DNA of 61,201 nucleotides, filler included, from Perkinsus olseni (Eukaryota): NCBI GenBank assembly GCA_013115125.1. It is 4 parts of 4 records of this genome, joined end to end, with 100 filler letters (N's around TTAATTAATTAA, not from the genome) between each part and the next. Parts side by side here need not be neighbours in the genome. Positions count along the whole stretch, not along the records: positions 30,807 to 45,972 come from JABANN010000705.1; positions 46,073 to 61,201 come from JABANN010000706.1; 2 more parts are not named here. One strand, 5' to 3'. Shown piece by piece: positions 38,734 to 49,088 of this stretch (position 1 is its first letter; each line of letters starts with the position of its first letter). The notes under the pieces were generated by a model. It saw only the letters and a program-made list of their open reading frames with translations, ran no database searches and was not told where the DNA came from. The position numbers and the translations under genes were made by a program.

Positions 38734-39815
38734 CTAAGATCGGGCTGCAAGGATGCTTGGCAGGCATTGTCGTCGACAAGCACGGATGATCGACACCCTT
38801 AAAGCATAAATACGCAGAGCCAAGTCGTCTTTGCAGAAGGCGCTGAAGTGATTTAGGTCAACCAAGCGGAGCGGAGGGCGGAGCTCGGCGGGATGATAGT
38901 ATACTTCTTGATTCGCCTCTGTCGGCCTCCGTCGGTCTCGGTCAGCCACGTTGCCCGTGAAAGACGCCCTTGCGCCGATATCGAAGCAGTTCAAAGTTCC
39001 CAGAGACGTTTCAGACTGCAGGTAGCAGACTCGGATCCATAAAACTTCTTCACCTCCCACAATGAAGTCGATATCATCCACATGGAAACACCTGTTGAGC
39101 TCGAAGAGATTCTCGAGCCGGATTAAGCCCGGATGAGCTGGCTCTGACGGAGAGACGAGTCTGCAGAAATTGGTACGATACAAGCGGTCTACGATAAGAT
39201 CTTCTTGTGGCGTGCCGACCAGCGAATACAAGTCACCACGATAGAACTTGAGTCGGAAGACCCGCGGGTGGTTGACACAATTGTGCTTGATGTCAACGGC
39301 GAAATATCTCGACCCGGCCAAACCCTCGAGATCTGTAACCGCTATCCTGTCGGACACGTTGTCATCTGTTTCCTCCTTGACCGAAATCACGAATGCAAGC
39401 CTGTCCATGACGTCATCGTATGCAGCAAGCTCGATGCCGACGACACTCAGGGGATCTACTCCAGTGATTAGAAGGGTTGCACGAGGTTCCTTCGGCTTGC
39501 CGGCGAACAGAGGGAAGATGAGCAGCACATCCTGGTGAATCATTCCGCTCTTATCGATTCCATAAAATAGTCCAAGCATTTCTCCTCGGCGTTCGAACAC
39601 GCACTCAGGTACGAGGGTTGTGAGGGATGTCGCGTACCGCCAGGCATCAACTTGTACGGTGGGAAGAGGCATAACTGCACGAAAGCGACAGGAAAGAACT
39701 GCACGCTGAGCGACAGCATGTACCGTAAACCTTTGCAATTTGCGAGTGGCAAGACATGGTGAGAGTATCCTGAACCGTGCTCCTGCGAGTGACGATAATC
39801 GTCCACATCAAACAT
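38734..39815 (-). CDS. Hypothetical protein (lineage-specific); 5' end split across frames
   Basis: 334-aa ORF with protein-like composition. Candidate ATG at 39815 is in a different frame. No recognisable domain. Confidence 0.5.
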
Positions 39816-40183
39816 GAATTATACACTGATCTTTAGCACACCAAGGAGTAGTTACGTTGAAAATCACCCATGCTAAGATTATGTCGACCTCGACTCGATA
39901 AAACGATCGGGAACGCGCCGAAGCTCAAATGCAGCCCGGGTCCCGGGCCCGGCCGCAAGCACCCGAACTCAGCGAAGAGTTGCCGACCTCAATATCGGAC
40001 AATCGAGCCGGGTAGACTTACGCTGGGCCAGCGCAAGGCTACCCCGCTCAGAACCCTCAAAGCTGCGTGGTGAGACTTTTCGAGATGGAGAGCTGGACTG
40101 TTTCTAAAGACCTGTGTTCCCTTTGAGACTTGCACGAATATGGTCAAAGAACGCGAGCGCAACTGCTGTGCAGTTGGGCATTC

Positions 40184-43100
40184 TGTTATGGTATGAAAGC
40201 GCAACTATGTCAGCGCTCGCCTCGAAAACCTTTGGCCCGATATAGGGGACAATTAGCGGGACAGATCTTGTGTGAGTCCTGCGTGCCGCAATGCGTATCC
40301 TTTGCGCTGCGCTATAGAGTGCTGCAATCGCTAGTTATTAGTACAATTCTCATAGGTGGCAAATCAAGTCACTTGTGACGTATTATTGTACGCTGGAACG
40401 TGTAGTCTAAGGTGCAAGGTCTGGGTTGTGTTCTTATCTTTGTTATTTGGTGAAGCCTGGTCAAGTAGTAGTGCGATCCACTCCCCTACGTACCTTGACA
40501 TCTAATTGGTAGCAGCTCCTTGTTCTACTACTACTATTGATATTGGTTTTACTATGGTTCTTGGCGACTTTCCTATGGTTGAGAAGGATGTGGATGAAGC
40601 TGGACGAGCGGCTTTCGACGAGTTCAAAGAGATGGGTGCTACTGACGACATCGCGGAGAAGGCTCGTGCTTCGGCCCGTGAAAGTGCTGTGGCTCACAAC
40701 GAGGTTATCAAGGCTCTGAGAGAAGCTGGTCACCGTGGCACTTCTTCTTCTTCGGCCCCGTCCCCGGATACTACGGCAAGTGGCTCTGGTGGTGTGGTGG
40801 TTCAAGTTATGCAATCTCCTGTCCCCGAGCGCTATGATGGTATATCGAATCTTGAAGACTGGTTCCGTCGTTATGAAGCTGATGCGAAAGGCGCTGGTTG
40901 GACCGAGCTTCAAATGGCTGAGCGACTAGGCAATCATCTACGTGGATGAGATCTACTAAGTAGATTCTACTTTGACGTCTGGCATCAGAACTGCACCAAG
41001 ATCGACTTTGCGAAGGATCGTAAGGCTCTTGTTGGTATGTTCGCTTTGACTCAGCCCGATGAGATTTTGGCCCGGTTCAACTCGCTGACTTGGGATCGTT
41101 CGACGAAGGTTGTGGCTTTCTTGACTTCTCTTCGACCCTATCTTAAGGAGTATAATGATACCCTGGCTGGTGGTGCTAAGCTTACTGATGATATTATGGA
41201 CCGTATGGTTATGGATCGGCTGATCGCTAATGCCCCTGACGCCGCCAAGTCTGCACTCCGAAGAAGACGTCCAAAGACTGTTCAAGATATTTGCCAATTG
41301 TTCGACGACTATCGGGAGAAGAGCCCACCGACTTCGGCCCCTACACGACCAGCTGCAGGTGCTTCACCTGGCTTCGACTCTGTTGACTTCAACACCGAAG
41401 GTTCTAACGGCCAGTTGACTAAGGCTGTGAATGCTCTCTTGGCCTCCCAGAACGCTATGATGGGTTCGCTAGGCAAGATGTTCAAGGCCAATGGTGGTGG
41501 TCACTGACCACTGGTCAGCAAGGTCGACATGGACGCGGTGGTCGTGGTGGCAACCGTGGTTCGGCCCGTAGCCGTGAGGGTGTGTCGATTCGGACTCCTA
41601 AGTGCGCCGTATGTTCTGATCAACACTGGGTATCATCGTGTCCGCTCAAGAAGTACGAGAATGGTTGCTTTGTCTGTTCGTCTACCGAGCAGTTGGCCCG
41701 TGAATGCCCTCAACTACCAGCTATGTTGAAGTCTATTTCCAGTAAGGCTACTATGGGGTCGGGAAACTGCTAAGGCGCTCGCTTGACAGCCCGCGAGCGC
41801 CGGAAGTTAATCTATACCCCTTCGGAAAGGATAATGGTTTATTCCTTTTCGCTGATCTTATCTCTGGTCGTCAACGTTTGGGACCTCTACGCTGCTTAGT
41901 GGATACTGGCTGTTGTTCTACTATGGTTGCTAAAAGGGTGGTTCCTCTCAATGCTGAGATTCGGCCCGTTACGGGTCCCTCGTTAATGACTATTGATCGC
42001 TCTCTCTGCACTATTCTGGGGATGGTTTCTCTTACGGTTGGTATTTATGATAGCGAGAAGGCCAAGAGTGGTATGACGCCCTCCAAGGATGATCCTCGTG
42101 TACCTTTTAATGTATCGGCTTTGGTGGTGGAATCGTTGGCTTATGATCTTATACTCGGTCACGACTTTATGAGTCATTTTGGTTTGGATATCCGCTATTC
42201 GGACGACCCCGTTAAGATCACTGGTGACCGACCTAAGGAAGAAGCTGCTCGTACGGCATGGTTCTCGGAACACCCCGTACAGACGTCCAACCTCTGCATG
42301 AAGGCTCAGTACTATACCAGTTCTTCGAGTTCTTCGGCCCGTTCGGCGCCTATGGCTATGGTTGGTGGAGAAGACTATGCCAACGACTCCTTCGACCTCT
42401 CTTGCCCCGAGTACTTGCCGGCATCTGCTGGATTGAAGGTTCAGGTGACGCCATTGTCTGACGAGCAGCTTCGTGAGAAGAATCTACCGGTTATGTCTGA
42501 TGGGATTCCTATGGTTCCACCGTCAGCGACTCCTCCTGTGGACGAGCTGGTACCGGTAGAGAGTTGGCCGCCGCCTGGCTTCCAAGATGTCGACGACCTC
42601 GAGGGTGATCCGCTTGCTGATCCTCTTCGGTTTGCGGTTCCAGACTTTGGAGATACGTCTATACGGTTGCCTGACTTCTGTGACGACCCTTCTGCTGAAC
42701 GCCGACCTGTGGCAACTTTGTGTGAGGAGTTCTCCGACTTGTTCGCGGTTCGGCCCGGCTACTGTGAAGCTGCTAAGCATTGCATTAATACTGGTTCTAG
42801 TGCCCCGCAGTGTGAGCGTGTTCGGCCCCTTCCTCATCGTTGGCGAGAAGAAGTCACGGCTATGCTGCAAGAGATGGAGTCTTTGGGTGTTATCAGGAGA
42901 AGTACATCACCATGGAGGTACCCTTGTGTATTCGTTCCCAAGAAGAATGGGAAGGTTCGTATGTGCATCGACTATCGTGGACTGAACCGGTTATGTGAGA
43001 CTGAGGCTTATCCGGTTCCTCGACCCGACGACGTACAAGAGCACTTGGGTAACGCTAAGTACTTCACCACCTTGGACCTTCGCAGTGGTTTTTGGCAAGT

Positions 43101-45972
43101 TCCCCTTCGGCCTGAAGACCAAGCTAAGACCGCGTTTTGCCCTGGCCCCGACTTCCCTTTGTACGAGTGGTTGCGGATGCCGTTCGGCCTAGCTTCGGCC
43201 CCGGCGACTTTCCAGAGGCTAATGGACTCTATTGTTGGCGACTTGCCCTTTGTGAAGTGCTACTTGGATGACCTGTTGATCTACAGCTCGTCTATGGAGG
43301 AACATCTGGATCACCTTCGGCAAGTATTCACCATTCTGAGGAAGTTTGGCCTGACCATTGCGGCGGAGAAGTGTGCCATTGCTGAGACTACGGTTGACTA
43401 CTTGGGTCATACCTTCGGCCCGGATGGTATGATGCCTGATGCGAAGAAGGTTGATGCTATATTGAGATGGCCGACACCCACTACTGTGACGGAGTTACGC
43501 TCGTTCTTGGGATTGGCTAACTACTATCGTGGGTTTCTGCCTCACTACTCGGAACGTACTCGAGCGCTGTACGACCTTCTCACTGGTACTTCTAAGTCTA
43601 AGCTTTCGGCCCGGCTCATGAGGTTGCCTTCTTGGATGTTAAGGAGAGTCTGGCCCGGTTACCACTGCTAGCCTACACTGATTTCTCGAGACCCTTCCAG
43701 CTGGTAACGGACGCTAGCGATGTGGCTATTGGTACTGGAGCAAGATGGCAGACCCCTCTGCTTCTTCAGCCAGTCGCTTACCGCGACTCAGAAGAGGTGG
43801 CCCGTCTATGAGCGAGAGGCGTTTGCTATATTCCGGTCCTTGGATCGGTTCCGCGATCTCCTACTCGGGTACCACCTTGAGCTGATAGTCTACACCGACC
43901 ACAAGCCTCTGACGTTTATGGCTACATCGACTACTCCTAAGGTCCAACGTTGGATGCTCAGTCTCTGTCAGTACGAGTTTACCGTCAAGTATCGGCCCGG
44001 TAAGGAGAATGTGGTTGCGGATGCACTCTCAAGGATTCCTTCGGCCCGGACCGTTACTAACGAGCTGCATGGTAACGGCGAGGCTATGATACCTGCGGGT
44101 CCAGCGGCTATGTTAATGCCGTGTGGGACTTCGACTTTCACCTACAGCCGCGATGTTCCTCGATGGTCTTCTCATTCCTATGGCACTATCGATGAAGGTT
44201 TGGTGGTCATCCCGTTGACTCTACCTCGTGATGTTCTACTACGAGAACAGTTGGCTGACCCCGACTTGGCCCTGCTACGACGGAAGCTTCAGCCCGACTT
44301 GTGGTTGCCAGAAGATTATCTTAACCATCGTTTGGTGCCGTATCGCTTCAAGTTGTCGTCCCTGGGCTTGGATACTCGTGGTCTTTTGGTTCGAAGGTTG
44401 ACTCCTCTTCCTGAGCAAGGTGCCGCCTATGTACCTGTGATGCCCGCGAGGCTTCGGCCCCAAGTACTTGCTCAAGTGCATGATGCTTCTGGACACCGAG
44501 GACTGCGCGCGACTAGGTTGGCTCTGCGCTCTTGTTCGTATTGGCATGATATGGACGAAGACGCCTACTTGGGGTGTTGTGAGGTCTGCTTCCCCGAGAT
44601 AGCTGACGAAGTGGTGCTTTCCGACGATGACATTGCGGATGGCCCTGGACGCGGTTTGGCCCGTGATGTTCGACCGGCGATGATGGTAACCCCTGCTGCT
44701 GCGGTCGCTCCTACCCCTTCTGAAGCTCCTCGTGTTGGTGGTTCACTACATCCGGTGCTATCTAGTGCGTTGGTCACTATCTCAGAAGACTGGTCTAAGG
44801 ATGACGTGTTGGTATACCAAGACAACGACCCTATTATTCGACAAGTGAAGGACCGACTTCGTGATGATGAACCGTTTGGTCGACATGAAATGCGTAGTGC
44901 TGACTCTCGGCCCTATCGTAAGCTGTGGTCCGTCTTGTTCTTGGACGACTCTGGTTTACTGGTGCGGATGATTAAGTACTTGCCAGAAGACGAGCAAGCC
45001 TACGTTCCTATCATCCCTCAAGAACTGCGTCGGCCACTGCTATATCGTTGCCACGACTTGGGTGGACACTTCGGTAATACCGAATCGGTAGACACCATAT
45101 GTGGGAACGTCTGAGACGGCTGTGCTTCTGGCCCGGTATAAACGTTGACATCATCGACTATGTCGCTCAGTGCGCAAGGTGTTTGACTAGTAAAGCTCGA
45201 CAGAAACCTGCTGCGGCTTTTGTCCCCTTCCCGGTTGGACGACCTTGGCACACGGTGGCTGTGGACTTCCTCTTCATCGGCCCGTCTGACTCCGGACCGA
45301 CTAAGTTGTTGGTGGTGGTCGACCACTTCACTCGCTGGGCGGATGCCTTTGTGGTTAAAGGTGAAGGTGCAGCTGATGCTCTGGAACCTCTTCTGCAGTT
45401 ATTCTCGCAGTTCGGCCCGCCTACTCGCCTCCTCAGCGACCAAGGAAGTGCCTTTGAGAGCCAAGTCTTCGCGGATGCCATGAAGATTCTGGGAGTGGTG
45501 AAGGCTCGCTCTACCCCTCATCATCCCAACTCTAATGGCTATGTCGAGCGGTTTAACTCCACCATCCTTGGCCTGTTACGTGCCTATACTCAACGTGTGG
45601 GAGACTGGCAAGGACATCTTCGGCCCGTACTATGGCAGTACAACACTTGTCCTCATTCAAGCACTGGGTTTTCCCCGTATTACCTGATGTTTGGTAGAGA
45701 GCCTCCTCAGACTCTGCTACCTAGCTTGAGCCAGTTCTCCTCGCTGATGTATGACCCTGACGGTTACGCTGAGTATTTGGCCCGAGCTCGTGCTACGATT
45801 GCTGACGTGGTGGACGAATGGGTTACCGCTGGCGGAGCGCCTCATCGAAGAGCTATGGAACAAGAACGTTCTCGACAACGACTGTATGTTGGACAACGCG
45901 TTCGAGTCAAGCTCTTCCGCTCTGGCCGTGAGCCTGGTTACAAGCTCCTTCCCAAGTGGCAGCCCGACTGGT
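40184..45972 (+). mobile_element. Ty3/gypsy LTR retrotransposon (putative 5' LTR ~40184-40500, PBS, gag, PR-RT-RH-IN); disrupted; runs into the gap
   Basis: ...TGACA then TGGTAGCAGC (PBS-like, 40507). gag has CAVCSDQHWVSSC and CFVCSSTEQLAREC knuckles. Protease [38 protein letters not shown]; RNase H VTDAS, YTDHKPL, NVVADALSR; integrase VAVDF, LLSDQGSAF, SNGYVERFN. Confidence 0.97.
41761..41801 (+). promoter_or_regulatory. -1 programmed ribosomal frameshift signal at the gag-pol junction
   Basis: G GGA AAC slippery heptamer in the gag frame, then a GGCGCTCGC/GCGAGCGCC stem 6 nt downstream. The -1 frame is open into the protease LVDTG. Confidence 0.85.
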
Positions 45973-46072
45973 NNNNNNNNNNNNNNNNNNNNNNNNNNNN
46001 NNNNNNNNNNNNNNNNTTAATTAATTAANNNNNNNNNNNNNNNNNNNNNNNNNNNNNNNNNNNNNNNNNNNN
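45973..46072. other. Assembly gap spacer
   Basis: N44-TTAATTAATTAA-N44. Confidence 0.99.
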
Positions 46073-46850
46073 AGAGGACAACAACAGGAACAGCGAAGTC
46101 GTGGTGATGACGATTGAAGCTCATAACCTGAAGGAGCGTGCTCGATCACTAAAGACATAGGCTTGAGGAACTTACTTCTTTGAGGACCGCCTCCAAACCA
46201 TCAACGGATCCCGTCCCTTTGACTGGATCGAGCGGCAGGGTCTGAGAGAGCAATCATTAGCTGAGGGAATGCGGAAGTGACAGCACTCACCACAAGCTCG
46301 ACTTCAACATCGGCAGATTTGTCGCCGCTGAAACGCTTGACGAACGACCCGGGAACTGAGAGGGCGAACAGTTCACGTATCAGGCCACGTCAAGGCTTGC
46401 AGTCACGGAATCTTACCGGCTCGTGAGCGAGTGATACGACTCAGGGGGTACTTCAAAGCCAGCTCTCTGAAAGGTAGGACTGAACTGTGGTGGGCAACAG
46501 GATCTATAATCAGAACCTGGAGAATGAGCATGGACACAGGCATGAACAGCCACTTGAGGCGTACCGCTCGCCGCAGGCCCTTCCGAGACTTGTCCGTTGC
46601 GAAGACCCGACTGCGGCACATCATCTCAGCGAATTTATTGATGGCACCAGTTGCTCCCGCTCCGCAGAAGATGACTGAATGGGAGGACATCAAAACTAAT
46701 AAGACCTTCGACTCGACTTACCAGAATCATCCGTGGTACAATTGAAATATTGACGAACCTTATCTCTCGCCTCTTCACGATAGTGCATCGTTTGACGAGC
46801 AGTTGCCGAGGCTAAGGAATGGGTGTTGGCGTACCTGACCAAGACGCCAT
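46073..46850 (+). pseudogene. Degenerate coding remnant, possibly the post-RT region of a non-LTR retrotransposon
   Basis: Broken frames include GILPARERVIRLRGYF, reminiscent of the GILP motif after LINE RT domains. Weak. Confidence 0.2.
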
Positions 46851-48021
46851 TAAGTTAGTGATCAACAAGTGTACGTGAGCACACGTACGTGGGGCAAACA
46901 GTAGAGGTAATGAACTCCTCAATAGCAGACACGCTTCTCCCTGACGCAGTAAAGTCGCAGTATCTGAGCTGAGAGATTGAAAACTCCGAGGAAAGAAGCA
47001 AGCTCACACAAGCTTCCGTGTAGAACCATCGAAAGGGATAGAAACCCGTTCGTGTTCACCGATGGACTGATCCCTAAGAGAGTTCACAAGGGTGTCATAA
47101 TCGTTGTTGCCATTCACAGCTCCTCTTGAAGGAGTGTCAACGGGGCAGGGAGATCCATCCGGAGTGACCATTGTTAAAGGGAGGGCCACAAGAACACTAG
47201 GAGGGAATGCTACGATCGACACGCGAGACTCTTACTCACCACTCAGAGTTAGCTTTCGATCGATGGAAGGACAATTGGTGTCCCACAATTGCATCACCCG
47301 CGTCACACATGATTCGAGCACTCACAGATAAGATGAAACTGCCGTGATTCAAGCTAGCAAGGCAGTCAGCAGCAGTCGCAAAGTGTTCGTGGTCGATCTC
47401 GGGTGTATTGTTCAATAAGACAACTTCGAAACCCGTAATCGTTTCTGGTATCGCATTTCTCGGAATACAAAAATTAATTCCAGATTCGATTTTGAGTCTG
47501 AGAAGTACTTACTTCTAGTTGTACTCGCAGACCGAGCGCTTCACTGTATAGTGTTCAATATGGCGTCACCCGTATTTTTTAGTAATGAGCGGCGACACTA
47601 TTTCTGATCACTCTTGGTTGATTGGCGTGCTCATTCTGTCGACGAGAAGTCTAGCGCTTGTGTCCTTGAGAATGCGATTGCTAGGTTCTGTCGAACGTCG
47701 AAGCTTGGCAGATCTTTAGCTGCCACTTCCGATTCATCCAAGACGGGCTACTGACTCGGATGATCAGGGTGAGGAACCAACTCGTTTGTGTCTGACTAAT
47801 CCGGCGACGGCATTGAGCCGTAAACTGACGCGCTCATTCGTCGGAAGCACTTGCTCCTACTTTACTTTCTGATATCCGGTACTCGAGACGAACGCAGTAC
47901 TAACTATGGTTCGCAAACATCTGATAAACATCATGTACTGCTGTCTTGCTGGGATCAATCACATCAATATGGCTCTCAAGGATACGCCTTGTCATCCTCC
48001 ACCTGGAGCACGACGAGGGTG

Positions 48022-48645
48022 TCACTCGTCCCGGGGTACCAGCGCAACCTGACTGGCCACAGAGCCGTCTGACCAATGACCGATGTCGTATCCTTCCGAA
48101 GGAGCTAGGCCACTAATATCGACGTTAGTGTCGTTCGGGCACCTTCCTCTATCCAAGGTCATCAGTGTTCCGTTCAATATGAATGATACTCGTTGCAGAC
48201 GCCTGTTGAATACGATGACGTCAGCGTCTCCGTCATGGTATCTTAAGTCAACGTCGCAGCTCCGACACTCCAGCACCCAAGCCCTCAAGGCTTCCAGGCT
48301 CTTTGGAATCTCGTCGAGGGACCATGAGAAGTAAAGCCACGGTTGTTCCTCATCGAATTCTTGCCTCTTGAATTCGATCATGTCCGAGATTTCCTCAGAG
48401 GTTCCGAGATTATCACACTCCAAAGTGAATATACCGATCCATTCGGAGTCATTACGTGGTTGGGGAGGCTCCAACCAGTCCATTCCTATGCAGAGATCAG
48501 GGTTAGCTTGAAGTTGATGATGGTACGGACCTGATGGTCCCAGCGGGAGGGTGGCTGCGGACGAGTCCTCGAGGATCAGAATGCTTAACAACGCGACGAC
48601 AAACATCATCAGCGAACAAATCCTACTGTGGTTCGAGTTTGACAC
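48022..48645 (-). CDS. Secreted hypothetical protein
   Basis: 207-aa intronless ORF with a hydrophobic signal peptide (MMFVVALLSILILEDSSA) and several Cys. Confidence 0.65.
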   Translation of the reverse strand: MSNSNHSRICSLMMFVVALLSILILEDSSAATLPLGPSGPYHHQLQANPDLCIGMDWLEPPQPRNDSEWIGIFTLECDNLGTSEEISDMIEFKRQEFDEEQPWLYFSWSLDEIPKSLEALRAWVLECRSCDVDLRYHDGDADVIVFNRRLQRVSFILNGTLMTLDRGRCPNDTNVDISGLAPSEGYDIGHWSDGSVASQVALVPRDE

Positions 48646-49088
48646 TCAGACCCTGCCCGCTGCGAATCCTTTTCAAGGAAAACAACGAGAGACTGCGTCA
48701 GAGTCTAGTCGCTTGATCTCCGGTATGAATTCTATTCCAAAGTACAATTAGATGATGAGGTCCTGATAATATTTGGAGGTGGCAGTGCCAAAAGCGCTCG
48801 GTTCATAGTGTGCCACCGTGGCACACTATGAACTGAACGCTTTTGGTGTCTTATAGGGTTACGATGCAGCCTACGGCTGTTTTCTAAAAGCAGAATCATC
48901 TTACGGGAAGGAGAACAGCGCCGTTTGGACCGCTCGAAGACCTGGAATTCCGTTTCGTGCGCTAAGGACCTCCCTGTGCGCGCGAGTTGGCGTTGTCTTC
49001 CACCAGAATTCCGCCCGCCACACGGATACTTTCAACTCTACTCGTCTGTTAGCATTGTAAACGTCAATCCACCGGCGGTAAGTATGAA

